Source: an uncultured Chloroflexia bacterium | Lineage (GTDB): Bacteria > Chloroflexota > Chloroflexia > QHBQ01 > JADMIH01 | Length of the DNA: 64,000 nucleotides | Direction: 5' to 3' | NCBI GenBank assembly: GCA_963797095.1 | Contig: CAWCNY010000005.1 | Span: 32,001-96,000, forward strand | In this document: piece by piece, positions 10,005 to 19,845 of the stretch | How positions within the stretch are numbered: the stretch's first letter is position 1 | How the letters are laid out: each line of letters starts with the position of its first letter | Notes under the pieces: model-generated | Told to the model about the DNA's origin: nothing | The model's database searches: none | The model's input: only the letters and a program-made list of their open reading frames with translations | Made by a program: the position numbers and the translations under genes

Positions 10005-11570
10005 CTATCTGACAGCGCTAAGTATCGTGATACCCGGCGTGAGAGCGTTAGGCCCACTGTATGATGAATTTAGAATTTGTACTACGTATTGATCATCAAA
10101 TGTCGCCGTGAACGCCGCGCCGGTATCGAGCCTGTAGGCCAGCATAAGCGAGTGGTTGCCTACGAACCGCCCGCCTTTTTGTACAATGGCGAAGCCCGTC
10201 AAGCCGGCATTTATCTGCCTTGCTTCGCCTTCCACCGCAGTGCCGTCCGTCTTTATCTCCCATACGGCATATTGACTGGTAGATGGATTGTGGAAGAAGA
10301 TATGGGTGTCGTCTATATACGAGATGGCTCTCCAATGGCGGTCTGCCCCAGCCCTGACCCTTTCGGTGACTGGTACCATGTTGGTCAGGTTGCCACTGCT
10401 GTCTACAACGGCGGTCATGTAATGCACGAAGTTATCTATCCGCCCATCGTCCAGGAAGAAGAAGATGTGGCCGTTGTACCCGCCGACGACATCCGCGTAA
10501 GGCACCCCCAGAGTCTTCGTTACAGGCGGCCCAACAATACCATTCACATCAATAGGAACCGCATCCAACACTTTGGTGGAACTGTCGAACAACTCTATCC
10601 AGTTGCCACCTGGAGAGGTCACACTGGTGCGACCCGCGCGGCAGAGAAATTGGGTAAGTTGATTGAATGATCCATCGGGGTTAAGTTGCGCTGTATCACA
10701 CAGACCCGACTGCTTGTAGACATCGAGATACCCGCCCTCGGTTGATGCGACGTGCGTCCAGCCCGACGAGTTGAGATTGAAGGTTGGTTGTTTGAAAAGG
10801 GTCCCCTCCTGGTCTATTATGTAAGGTTGCCCCGTTCCAGCACCGTTGAGCAGGAGAACTTGGCCCGTCGGTTCGACCGGCTTGGGAGTTGGGGTCGCAG
10901 TTGGGCCAATTGTAGGCGTCGGCTGGGGGGTCCCTCCGTGCCTCTTGTTGAAGTAAAAGACACCAAGCAGAGACAACAGCACCTCGTTGGGGGTGTTGGC
11001 AAACTCGGGGTGGAACTCGAACACCGCCCTCTCGAAGTACTGGACGGTATAGGTCTTGCCATCGGTGTCGCTCACCTCCGAAAACTCATCGGAAATAGGG
11101 AAGCCTTGCTGTGCGAGGCCACCATGCTCTTCCCAATACTTTCGGAACGCCCCTCCAATCGTCTTACCTGTCTCGGTGAACTTGCGGGGGTTGGTGGTGC
11201 TGGCTTGCTGGTTAGGAGCGTTGCCTGCATACTTCTCATTGGAATAGAAGACGCCCAGAAGGGAGAGAAGAACGTTGAAGGGTGGCTGGTTTTCGGGGTG
11301 CAACTCGAAGACGGCGCGCTCGAAATATTGCATTGTATAGGTCTTGCCATCGGTGTCCGACTGCTCCTGGAGCTCTTCTGAGATGGGGAAGCCTTGCTGG
11401 GCCAGCCCGCCGTGCGTGTTCCAGTAAGTGAGGAACAGACCCTTCACCGTATGTCCGGTTTCGGGGAAAAAGCGCGTGTCGTCGGCTTTCGCCACGCCCC
11501 CGGCCGCTGGAAAGGTGGCAACGGCCAATGCCATAATCGCCAGCACAAAAGACCATCTTTGCTTGATCAT
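10005..11570 (-). CDS. Secreted protein with two N-terminal FPETG/QYFER repeat modules and an unknown beta-rich C-terminal domain
   Basis: Signal peptide; twice F.ETG.T..G.F..YW..HGGLAQQGFPIS.E...QYFERAVFE.HPE; Pro/Thr linker. Confidence 0.85.
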   Translation of the reverse strand: MIKQRWSFVLAIMALAVATFPAAGGVAKADDTRFFPETGHTVKGLFLTYWNTHGGLAQQGFPISEELQEQSDTDGKTYTMQYFERAVFELHPENQPPFNVLLSLLGVFYSNEKYAGNAPNQQASTTNPRKFTETGKTIGGAFRKYWEEHGGLAQQGFPISDEFSEVSDTDGKTYTVQYFERAVFEFHPEFANTPNEVLLSLLGVFYFNKRHGGTPQPTPTIGPTATPTPKPVEPTGQVLLLNGAGTGQPYIIDQEGTLFKQPTFNLNSSGWTHVASTEGGYLDVYKQSGLCDTAQLNPDGSFNQLTQFLCRAGRTSVTSPGGNWIELFDSSTKVLDAVPIDVNGIVGPPVTKTLGVPYADVVGGYNGHIFFFLDDGRIDNFVHYMTAVVDSSGNLTNMVPVTERVRAGADRHWRAISYIDDTHIFFHNPSTSQYAVWEIKTDGTAVEGEARQINAGLTGFAIVQKGGRFVGNHSLMLAYRLDTGAAFTATFDDQYVVQILNSSYSGPNALTPGITILSAVR

Positions 11571-11672
11571 CGGTATGCTCGGCTTTCCCGCAGATGCGGA
11601 CTAAATCTCAACCTCTTATCCAAGGCAAAACATCAAACGGCCATAAAAAAGGCGTGGGCAGGATTGGCCTTG

Positions 11673-11701
11673 ATAGTAGCAGAAATACCACCCCAAGTCA
11701 A
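11673..11701 (-). promoter_or_regulatory. Sigma70-type promoter of the FPETG-repeat gene
   Basis: TTGACT-17 nt-TACTAT with TGn extension on the minus strand. Confidence 0.7.
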
Positions 11702-11715
11702 TCCATTCGTGAACG

Positions 11716-13203
11716 GTAAATGTCCAGAGTTGCGGTGGGGCAATTTCCACGATATTGTATGAGGCATGAGCTGGGAAGAAGAAGTAATGGCTTTGCGGGC
11801 TGAAGTAGTCATCCTCAAAGAGCAGCTTGCCCAAGCATTGGCTGCGAACAGCCAGTTGCAGGCACAACTAGACAAGTACCGAAGCGAACCACCCTCTTTC
11901 GTCAAGCCCAACACTGCCAAGTCCAAAGACCAGGCTAACTCCGAGAAGAAACCACGCCGCAAACGAGCCAAAGACCAAAATGGTGCCAGGCGTAGAGAGC
12001 AAACGCCTACCCAAACGGTGCAGCACCACATAGAGATGTGCCCTGACTGTGGATATGGACTAAGCCAGCCCCAACTGGCCTCCGGCTCCAGACGCCAGGT
12101 GATAGAACTCCCTCCTCCCCTTCCTGTAGAAGTCACCGAGCACCAGTTGTTCAAGAGTTGGTGCGCCCGATGCTCCAAATGGCATTATCCTCCACTCGAT
12201 TTGAGCGCTCAGGGGGAGGTGATTGGACAAAGCAGAATGGGGATACGCATCGCCTCCCTGATAGCTTACTTACGCACCACCCTGAGAATGCCGGTGCGTC
12301 TGATTAGAGAATACCTGCACATCGTGCACAACTTGCTCATCTCTACAGGTGAGATTGCGGACCTGCTGCACCGAGTGGCCGAGGCAGAGAAGGTGAGAAA
12401 AGCAGCACAAGATATCAAAGAGGGGATAAGACAGAGCAGTGTGGTGCATGGGGACGAGACAGGGTGGCGAGAAGGTGGGCAGAATGGCTATATCTGGTGC
12501 TTCTGCACGCCCCATGGTGAGCGATACTACGAGTATGACCACAGTCGGGGAGGAGCAGTGGCCAGGCGCATCCTCGGCTCACAGTTCAAGGGTACACTGG
12601 TCACCGACTTCTACGCGGCACACAATGAATTCCCAGGAGAACACCAACGATGCTGGGTGCATCTGCTGAGGGACTTACACGAGTTGAAGGAAGAGCACAA
12701 AGGGAATGAAGAAGTGGTGGAGTGGGCCAAAGGGGTGCGGGTTCTGTATGACACAGCCCAAGAGTGCCTGCATTCCCCCTGTTCAGAGCATGGTCCACCA
12801 AGCCAACAAGAGAGAGAAGTGTTGTACATACAGCTAATGGAAGGTGTGAGAGAGTTGGGAGGTAAGTACGCCTCAGCCAAGCCTCACAAGGAGCACCCAT
12901 GCCACACACTATGCAAGAGGCTGCTTCGCCACCAGGACGAGCTATTCCGCTTCGTACTACAAAGTGGCCTCTCGGCGGACAACAACCTGGCGGAGAGGAG
13001 TGTGCGGGCGGTGGTGGTGATGCGCAAGGTGTCGGGAGGGTCGCAATCAGCAAGGGGGAGTGCCACACGCATGAGGCTGGCTACATTGTTCGGCACCTGG
13101 CGAGCCAAGGGTCTCAACCCCTTCTTTGAGTGTTTCACCCTCCTCTCTCAACCCCAACCCCAGCCCCAACCCCAGCCCCTCACACCCTAATTCTGAACGC
13201 TAT
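11716..13203 (+). mobile_element. IS66-family (single-ORF) insertion sequence
   Basis: 8-bp target duplication CGTGAACG at 11708-11715 and 13204-13211; left end GTAAATGTCCAGAG, imperfect right inverted repeat. Confidence 0.9.
11766..13190 (+). CDS. IS66-family transposase
   Basis: Leucine zipper, CPDCG...CARC zinc finger, HGDETGW, LVTDFY, QRCWVHLLRD, DNNLAERSVR. Confidence 0.95.
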   Translation: MSWEEEVMALRAEVVILKEQLAQALAANSQLQAQLDKYRSEPPSFVKPNTAKSKDQANSEKKPRRKRAKDQNGARRREQTPTQTVQHHIEMCPDCGYGLSQPQLASGSRRQVIELPPPLPVEVTEHQLFKSWCARCSKWHYPPLDLSAQGEVIGQSRMGIRIASLIAYLRTTLRMPVRLIREYLHIVHNLLISTGEIADLLHRVAEAEKVRKAAQDIKEGIRQSSVVHGDETGWREGGQNGYIWCFCTPHGERYYEYDHSRGGAVARRILGSQFKGTLVTDFYAAHNEFPGEHQRCWVHLLRDLHELKEEHKGNEEVVEWAKGVRVLYDTAQECLHSPCSEHGPPSQQEREVLYIQLMEGVRELGGKYASAKPHKEHPCHTLCKRLLRHQDELFRFVLQSGLSADNNLAERSVRAVVVMRKVSGGSQSARGSATRMRLATLFGTWRAKGLNPFFECFTLLSQPQPQPQPQPLTP

Positions 13204-13215
13204 CGTGAACGGAAG

Positions 13216-13401
13216 CAGGCTCTATTCAAAGTCAGGAAGATGCTGGTTGCAAGAGAGCTAACTACGCCTTGTCATTCTTCGCTGCGCGAAGAATTTGAGA
13301 TATCAGGCATGGCACCAAGCTGGGCATCTCAGATTCTGAGCGCAGCGAAGAATGACATACCCCAACTTGGCACTGCATTCCCCGACTCTGAATAGACCCT
13401 G
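13216..13401. mobile_element. ISAs1-type MITE (about 186 bp) carrying a REP-like hairpin
   Basis: Ends CAGGCTCTATTCAAAGTCAGG and CCGACTCTGAATAGACCCTG match each other and the ISAs1 end at 16891-16910. Confidence 0.72.
13270..13357. repeat. REP-like GTCATTCTGAGCGCAGCGAAGAAT-type inverted repeat pair
   Basis: TGTCATTCTTCGCTGCGC ... GCGCAGCGAAGAATGACA; related half copy at 30442-30469. Confidence 0.75.
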
Positions 13402-13417
13402 TCCGGCGCGCGTTTGC

Positions 13418-13446
13418 TTGACACCACTCCTCTGGTGTGGTACAAT
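13418..13446 (+). promoter_or_regulatory. Sigma70 promoter of the tRNA gene
   Basis: TTGACA-17 nt-TACAAT with TGn extension. Confidence 0.85.
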
Positions 13447-13457
13447 CATTAAGTTGA

Positions 13458-13532
13458 CGCGGGGTGGAGCAGTGGAAGCTCGTTGGGCTCATAACCCAAA
13501 GGTCGTAGGTTCGAATCCTACCCCCGCTACCA
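13458..13532 (+). tRNA. Initiator tRNA-fMet (CAT)
   Basis: Cloverleaf with unpaired C1, three G-C pairs in the anticodon stem (TTGGG-CTCATAA-CCCAA), GGTTCGAATCC T-arm, encoded CCA. Confidence 0.97.
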
Positions 13533-13535
13533 TTC

Positions 13536-13564
13536 GAGGAACCTCCAGGAGGTTCCTCTTTTTG
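13536..13564 (+). terminator. Intrinsic terminator after the tRNA
   Basis: GAGGAACCTCC-A-GGAGGTTCCTC followed by a T run. Confidence 0.85.
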
Positions 13565-13743
13565 TTATCTCCCACCTGCTGTATACTATTGACATCTAAC
13601 ATGGCGTGGCCTGGAACAGACTGCCTCCCGGTGCACCCAAATGGTAGTTTCAAGTTCTGCTTCAACAGTCAGGCATTGAACTTCGCGGATTGCATGTAAC
13701 CGGCCTGCCAACATTAAAAACTCTTCGTACACAGGAGACCTTA

Positions 13744-15558
13744 ATGGAAACCAAAACCATACCGACACGGGCCGAAGTGCCGGCGGCATACAAGTGGGAC
13801 CTCGAAGTAATATTCCCACAGGACACTCAATGGGAAGACGAGTTCAGCCAGGTAAGCCCATTGGTGGACCAATTGAAAGCCTTCCAGGGACGCCTCGGAG
13901 AAAGCGCTGATACCCTCCTTGCCGCCCTCAAACTACGCGACGACATCAGCCACAGGCTTGAAAGGCTTTTTGCGTACGCCCGCATGCGGCGCGACGAGGA
14001 CAACACTAGAGCCCACTATCAGGCACTGGAGGACAGGGCACGCGCCCTCTATACTCGCGTTGAAGAGGCTTCGTCCTTCTTCAACCCTGAGATGCTCGAA
14101 GTCGGGCAAGACAAGGTTATGCAGTTCGCCGCCACCAACGACGACTTGAAGGTATACGAGCATCTTCTGGACGATCTCTTCCGCGAAAAAGAGCACATGC
14201 TGAGCGCCCCCGAAGAGGCTTTGCTTGCCGGTGCGAGCGAAGTAGCGGCAGGCCCTTCGCAAATCTTCGACATGCTGAACGATGCCGACATGACCTTCGG
14301 CGAGATCGAAGACGAAGAAGGTAGCAAGGTTCCCCTGAGCCAGGGCCGCTACTTGCGATACATCCTTTCCTCCAATCGCCAGGTGCGCCGCAACGCCTTC
14401 CTCAAGTTCCATGAGGCTTATCACCACAACCGCAACACCATCGCGGCCTGCTATTCCACCCAGGTGAAAGCCGACATCTTCTACTCCCGCGCGCGCAAGT
14501 ACGGCTCTTCCCTCGAAGCCGCTCTGTTCAGGGACAACATCCCCGCGAGTGTGTACGATAACCTCATCGGAGCCGTGCACAACAGGATGGACCTCCTCTA
14601 CAGGTATTTGGAGCTTCGCAAGCGCACGCTGGGTCTGGATGAGCTCCACATGTACGACCTGCATGTGCCGCTCGTTCCCGAAGCCGAAAGTGAGTTTCCA
14701 TTCGACCGCTCGGCACGAATAGTGGAGGAAGCGGTCGCGCCCCTTGGTGAAAAATATCAGGCTGCCGTCAAAGAGGGCTTCACCTCGCGCTGGTCAGACG
14801 TCTATGAAACCGTGGGCAAGACTTCGGGCGCTTACAGTTGGGGCGTTTATGGAACCCACCCCGTGATGCTGCTCAACCATCAGGACACCTTGCGCGATGT
14901 CTTCACCCTGGCTCACGAAACCGGCCACTCCATCCACACCTACTACACCTTCAAGAATCAGCCCTACGTTTATGGCAACTACACCCTCTTCGTGGCCGAG
15001 GTGGCATCTACTCTCAACGAGGAACTTCTCACCGACTACCTGCTAAAAAGCTCGAACGACAGGGACGTAAAACTGGCCGTGGTAAACCACAGCTTGGAAC
15101 AATTCAGGACCACCCTCTACAGGCAGACCATGTTCGCCGAGTTCGAGAAGATCGCACACGAACGCGCTGAAGGGGGCGAAGCGCTAACCGCCGACCTCCT
15201 CTCCGAGATCCACTACGACCTGAACAAGCTATATCACGGCGACGGTGTAAACGTGGACTCGGAGGTCGCGATTGAATGGGCAAGAATCCCCCACTTCTAT
15301 CGCAGCTTCTACGTCTACAAGTATGCCACAGGCATCTCGGCAGCGGTCGCCTTGTCTCAGCAGATCCTGACTGAGGGACAGCCTGCCGTGGACAGGTACT
15401 TGCAGTTCCTGAGCAAGGGCAGCAGCATGTACTCGATAGACCTCCTGCGCGATGCAGGCGTCGATATGTCCACCCCCGACCCGGTAAACCGGGCTCTCAG
15501 CAGCTTTGAGAAGCGCCTGGACGAAATGGAGCAGCTGCTCGGCATAACCGTAAGCTAA
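13744..15558 (+). CDS. pepF: Oligoendopeptidase F (M3B)
   Basis: YKWDLE, GKTSGAYSWG, TLAHETGHSIH (HExxH), FVAEVASTLNE, WARIPHFY; AGGAG RBS. Confidence 0.96.
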   Translation: METKTIPTRAEVPAAYKWDLEVIFPQDTQWEDEFSQVSPLVDQLKAFQGRLGESADTLLAALKLRDDISHRLERLFAYARMRRDEDNTRAHYQALEDRARALYTRVEEASSFFNPEMLEVGQDKVMQFAATNDDLKVYEHLLDDLFREKEHMLSAPEEALLAGASEVAAGPSQIFDMLNDADMTFGEIEDEEGSKVPLSQGRYLRYILSSNRQVRRNAFLKFHEAYHHNRNTIAACYSTQVKADIFYSRARKYGSSLEAALFRDNIPASVYDNLIGAVHNRMDLLYRYLELRKRTLGLDELHMYDLHVPLVPEAESEFPFDRSARIVEEAVAPLGEKYQAAVKEGFTSRWSDVYETVGKTSGAYSWGVYGTHPVMLLNHQDTLRDVFTLAHETGHSIHTYYTFKNQPYVYGNYTLFVAEVASTLNEELLTDYLLKSSNDRDVKLAVVNHSLEQFRTTLYRQTMFAEFEKIAHERAEGGEALTADLLSEIHYDLNKLYHGDGVNVDSEVAIEWARIPHFYRSFYVYKYATGISAAVALSQQILTEGQPAVDRYLQFLSKGSSMYSIDLLRDAGVDMSTPDPVNRALSSFEKRLDEMEQLLGITVS

Positions 15559-15639
15559 CGCCCACAGGCCAACGAAACCGGAGTATGCCTCACCCCTGAT
15601 CGCAAACTCGCCGGTACATGACCCGTTTCCAATTTCCAA

Positions 15640-15680
15640 AACAGAGAGGAATGGCAATATATTCTCCATTCCTCTCTGTT
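15640..15680. terminator. Hairpin / probable terminator downstream of pepF
   Basis: 15-bp inverted repeat AACAGAGAGGAATGG / CCATTCCTCTCTGTT. Confidence 0.55.
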
Positions 15681-15839
15681 CGTGAACTTCCCTCGCATTC
15701 CGGCCAACCCAGTGACTCCCGTGGCCTACCTGACAAAATCGAGCGCGATCCATTTCAACTGCACTTCAGCATGACCATTCGTAGGATCAAATCGTAATTG
15801 CGCCAGCGGCCCGCTAAGTTCGTCAAATGTGATGAAAGT

Positions 15840-16910
15840 CCAATAGACATGGGTGCCGCCGGCTAGGCTTTACTCGCCCCAAATCCCCTAGCCAGTCCAC
15901 CATACATCGCATCTTTTTCGGAGTGGATGCGCAGGTGCTTGAGGCTAAACTGACACAGTGGGCTGAAGCAGTGCTCATGGCTTTGCGAACAAGGGTCGCC
16001 CAAGAGGGAGAAGGTCTGGAATGGGTAGAGTGGGAGGCAGTTGCTGTTGATGGGAAAAGTCCAAGAGGTTCTCGTAAGCAGGGAGATGCCAATGCCCATC
16101 TGCTGAGCGCCCTCAGCCAGAGTATAGGATTGGTGTTGGGGCAGGTAGCCGTGGACGACAAGACCAACGAAATCAATGCTATGCTTGACCTACTCGCTGC
16201 CCTGGTGCTGCGTGGCAAAGTGATTACGGGCGACGCCTTGCTCACTCAGCATAAGATAGCCAAGCAGATTGTAGAACATGGAGGTGATTACCTGCTGGTG
16301 GTCAAGGACAACCAGCCGTTGTTGCGAGAGGATATAGAGGCGGTGTTTGAAGCTCCCCACATGTTGGACCTGACCCCGCAGGACTTATCCCGCAGGAGTT
16401 ATCTTCCGAACGCTGTGCGCGAGAGGTGAGCATGCATGGTAATCGCATAGAAGAGCGAGTGCTGCGTCGCTCCACTGCTCTGGTTGATTGCTACAGCAGC
16501 CTGAGCCTCGCAGGTGGGGAGGAGTTGTGGGCGGGCTTGGGGCAGGTGTTACAAATAAAGCGCACCATCACCGACAAGCGCACGGGGCGTACAACCACAG
16601 AAGTGGCCCATGCCATCACCTCCCTCTCACCGCAGCGTGCGACTCCTGCTCAGTTGCTGAGAGCCTGGAGAGAACACTGGCATATAGAGAACAAGCTTCA
16701 CTGGGTGCGAGATGTGACCTTTGATGAGGACCGCTCAACTGTGCGTGCGGGGAGCATACCTCAGGTGATGGCAGCTTTGCGCAATCTTGCCATCAGTTTG
16801 TTGCGCCTCCTCGGAGCCCTAACATAGCCAAAGCTTGCCGCTTTTGTGCTGCTCGTCCTGCTCAGGTGCTGGCTGCCCTTGGCTGCCTTTCTGACTTTGA
16901 ATAGACCCTG
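15840..16910 (+). pseudogene. ISAs1-family transposase remnant: 5'-truncated, frameshifted, right end retained
   Basis: [65 protein letters not shown]; right end CTGACTTTGAATAGACCCTG at 16891-16910. Confidence 0.9.
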
Positions 16911-17072
16911 CCCCCGCCGCATCCGCCTTGCGCTTTCCTACCCGATCTGATATAATCAACTTTGCGGTCCAAAACAGGACCGAAATTAGATTGCCCAACT
17001 TGAAGCCGGCGTATGCGTCGGCAATCATTCATACAAAGCACGCAGAGTATCATTACCGGAGGAAAGACTCAC

Positions 17073-17336
17073 TTGGCGAACATCAAATCCGCACTCAAAA
17101 GAATACGCTCCTCGGCGCGCAAACGGGCGCGCAACAAGCCTGTACGCTCCGCCCTCAAGACCTATGTAAAGTCCGCCCAGATGCAAATCGCTGCCGGCAG
17201 CGACGAATCGCCTCAGGCCGTCGTACTCGCCATCAGCGCCCTAGACAAGGCCGCCAGCAAGGGCATAATCCACAAGAACCAGGCCGCCCGCCGCAAGGCA
17301 CGCCTCATGGCAAAGCTCAACAACGCGGTACAATAA
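17073..17336 (+). CDS. rpsT: 30S ribosomal protein S20
   Basis: [12 protein letters not shown]...[22 protein letters not shown]; TTG start after GGAGG. Confidence 0.97.
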   Translation: MANIKSALKRIRSSARKRARNKPVRSALKTYVKSAQMQIAAGSDESPQAVVLAISALDKAASKGIIHKNQAARRKARLMAKLNNAVQ

Positions 17337-17446
17337 ACCACCGAACACCTGGTATCACACTCATATTTGGACGAGAGCAATACGCCCTCGTCCTTTTGCT
17401 ATTTCCGTCCATAAGATCAATAATTCAAGATCCAAACCACGCAACC

Positions 17447-17495
17447 AGGAAGCAGGAAGCAGGAAGCAGGAACCAGAAACTAGGAACTAGGAACC
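17447..17495. repeat. Degenerate heptamer tandem repeat (AGGAAGC/AGGAACT, about 7 copies)
   Basis: Directly visible; similar intergenic heptamer runs at 24361-24385, 41735-41766 and 54455-54478. Confidence 0.8.
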
Positions 17496-17517
17496 GGCTG
17501 CAAGGAGCGACAAACCC

Positions 17518-18288
17518 ATGATCCAAAGCATTGATCACATAGTTATCCTCGTAACCAATCTTGAGCAAGCCATCGACGATTACACCGCGCTCGGCTTTAG
17601 AGTAATGCCGGGAGGCGAGCACACCGGCGGCCTCAGCCACAACGCCTTGATCGCGTTCGAGGACGGCTCCTATCTTGAGCTAATCGCATTCCGAGGCCCC
17701 ATCCCACCCGACCACCTATTCTACAGAGAAGGCGTCACCGAGGGCTTGATAACCTATGCCCTCCTCCCCACCGACATCGAAGCCGATGTGGCGGCAGCCC
17801 GCACGCGCGGCCTCAACTATGAGGGGCCACGCCCGGGTGGTCGCCTCAAACCTGATGGCACGCGTATAGAATGGCAAATCGCAACTCCATCGTCTTACGA
17901 CCTACCTTTCCTCTGTGGCGATGTAACACCCCGCGACCTTCGCGTTCCCACCGGCAACGCCCAAAAACACGAAAACGGCGTGACCGGTATCAACACACTG
18001 ACCCTCTGCGTCAAGAACCTGCGTGAGAGTATTCAGAAATACTCGGCTCTACTTGGCGAAGATCCGTACCGGTCCTTCCAGGGAGAGCCAGATCACTCTT
18101 CCAAACGTGTAGCCCGGTTCCGCGTCGGAGAGTCCGGGATAATGCTCAACTCGCCTGGAACGCCCGGCAAAGTCCGCGAAGGCGCGAACGCTCTAGGCCT
18201 CCAATCGAGCTCCGCACACCTGCTAAATCTCGACCAGTCAAGAACGCACGGAGTTCCTCTACTGCTAGTTCCCAAAAGCAAAGAATAA
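17518..18288 (+). CDS. VOC / glyoxalase-like family protein
   Basis: IDHIVILV, GGEHTGGLSHNALIAFEDGSYLELIAF, LPFLCGDVTPRDLRVP. Confidence 0.88.
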   Translation: MIQSIDHIVILVTNLEQAIDDYTALGFRVMPGGEHTGGLSHNALIAFEDGSYLELIAFRGPIPPDHLFYREGVTEGLITYALLPTDIEADVAAARTRGLNYEGPRPGGRLKPDGTRIEWQIATPSSYDLPFLCGDVTPRDLRVPTGNAQKHENGVTGINTLTLCVKNLRESIQKYSALLGEDPYRSFQGEPDHSSKRVARFRVGESGIMLNSPGTPGKVREGANALGLQSSSAHLLNLDQSRTHGVPLLLVPKSKE

Positions 18289-18329
18289 CCCCACCTCATA
18301 AGCAAATACGCAGTACGCAATATACCCCA

Positions 18330-19352
18330 CTACCCGCACATCTCCACCACCAGCGCGTCCAGCGACAACTCAGCGTCTGCCTTCCCGGTCTTCACCCCGT
18401 GGTCAAGCACCAGTAGCTTGCGGTGTATCTCCAGCAACTTCTTCATATCGAACTGCCGCGCCTGTCCCACCGCCTTGCGCACAGTAAAATCACTCAATCC
18501 CGACCTCTCGGCCATCCTCCCCTCTGACACCCGCTGGTCAAGCATATCGCGCACCTGGATCAACGTCCGTATCTGCCAGGCCAGCACCGGCAATATCCCC
18601 TCAGGCGACGTTCCCCCGTCCACCAGTCGCTGCAACTGCGCCAATGCCCCCCGTGTATCCCTTCGAGCAGCCGCCGAAGTCATCTCAAACACATCGTCCG
18701 CCTTCGATACCCAGCTCATCTTCTGCAATACCTTCTCGTCAACCGTCCCGCCCTTCCCCACATACAGCGACAACTTCTCAAGCTCATTCGTCAGTGCCGC
18801 CAGGTCCCCGATGGACGCCCCCAACAGCGACAACGCCCCAGGAGTCACCCGCATCCCCAACGCTCGTGCCCGCTCGCCTATCCACCGCTCAAGCGCCGCC
18901 CCCTTCGGTGTAATATGCTCCTCCACCTTCCCGTACCGGGTCGCCGCCTTCAACAAGGCGCTGTTCTTCGCTACCGCCCATCGTTCAACCAATATCAGAA
19001 TCGTGGTATCGGGAACCGAACCAAACACAGACGCGAATCCCTCGGTCAAGCCGGGGTCGGCCTTCCCCCTGCCCCTTGCAGGCGCACCGGCCGTCTCGCC
19101 TCCGTCACCGTCCCCTCCCCTGCTCCCCGCGAACCTCGTCAACAAACCATCGACAACCACCACCCGCCTATCCCCGAAAAACCCATAAGCCTGCACTGCC
19201 CGCGCCAGCTCGTCAGGCAACAGCCGCGCGCCATCCATCCTGGTCATATTCAGGTCGCCAAACCCATCATCCTCAGGCTTATACTTCGCCAGGTAATTTT
19301 GCAGACTCTGCCCAACCAGATAGCGGTCAGGCCCAACAAGCGCGATCAACAT
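18330..19352 (-). CDS. holA: DNA polymerase III delta subunit
   Basis: FFGDRRVVVV, LTNELEKLSLY, VFEM...LLVLDHGVKTG; lies near rpsT as is common. Confidence 0.92.
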   Translation of the reverse strand: MLIALVGPDRYLVGQSLQNYLAKYKPEDDGFGDLNMTRMDGARLLPDELARAVQAYGFFGDRRVVVVDGLLTRFAGSRGGDGDGGETAGAPARGRGKADPGLTEGFASVFGSVPDTTILILVERWAVAKNSALLKAATRYGKVEEHITPKGAALERWIGERARALGMRVTPGALSLLGASIGDLAALTNELEKLSLYVGKGGTVDEKVLQKMSWVSKADDVFEMTSAAARRDTRGALAQLQRLVDGGTSPEGILPVLAWQIRTLIQVRDMLDQRVSEGRMAERSGLSDFTVRKAVGQARQFDMKKLLEIHRKLLVLDHGVKTGKADAELSLDALVVEMCG

Positions 19353-19447
19353 TTCAAATCAAGTACAGAACAAAGTGGTCTGCGATCATTCTATCAGACA
19401 ACGTGCACGCTCACTCCGAAATCCGCATCCCCACATTAAAAGAAAAC

Positions 19448-19624
19448 GGCCCTGGATGCGGCCGTAAAGGTTTTGAACCTGCTATTCGCAGGTGGGTGCC
19501 GTTCTTCAGGTTATCGCGTTACCGGGCATTTTCTTTGTACCCAGCGTACGCGGCCCCATCCGCTGCCGGCTCCCTATATTATTGTTAGGATCAAAACCTT
19601 TTTACGGCCTGTACACCACAGGGC
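19448..19624 (-). ncRNA. ssrS: 6S RNA
   Basis: About 177 nt with pairing ends (GCCCTG...GGCCGTAAA...TTTTGA / TTCAAAACCTTTACGGCC...CAGGGC), plus GGGAGCC, GCGTACGC and GGCACCCACCTG...CAGGTTCAAAA motifs as in Firmicutes-type 6S. Confidence 0.88.
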
Positions 19625-19634
19625 TGAGAATGTA

Positions 19635-19663
19635 ACAATACCATACTCGCCCTTCCAAGTCAA
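19635..19663 (-). promoter_or_regulatory. Sigma70 promoter for 6S RNA
   Basis: TTGACT-17 nt-TATTGT with TGn on the minus strand, about 10 nt before the RNA. Confidence 0.7.
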
Positions 19664-19681
19664 GCAACCCGCGCAATCGTC

Positions 19682-19845
19682 CAGGGCGGATGCAAAGTCA
19701 GGCGTCAATGCGAAGTTAGCTGGTTGGGCAACCGTGACCGGCATATTGCCAGGTCCGGCTAGGCGTCAATGGCAAGAGCTACTTTCTCGGAAAGGGTTCC
19801 AGCGACCATAATTGCGGGTTCGTGCCTGACTTTGCATCCGCCCTG
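19682..19845. mobile_element. ISAs1-type MITE (164 bp) with target-site duplication
   Basis: Perfect 22-bp terminal inverted repeats CAGGGCGGATGCAAAGTCAGGC; 10-bp direct repeat CGCAATCGTC at 19672-19681 and 19846-19855. Confidence 0.9.

Noticed and set aside
13458-13532. tRNA as the attachment site of an integrated prophage or ICE
   Set aside because: No integrase and no duplicated tRNA 3' end were seen in the window.
13601-13715. glmS ribozyme or Moco riboswitch (contains TGCCTCCCGG)
   Set aside because: The other conserved elements are missing and the downstream gene does not fit; kept only as an unknown structured leader.
16928-17521. 197-aa ORF overlapping rpsT
   Set aside because: Alternative frame over rpsT and a heptamer repeat; rpsT explains the region.
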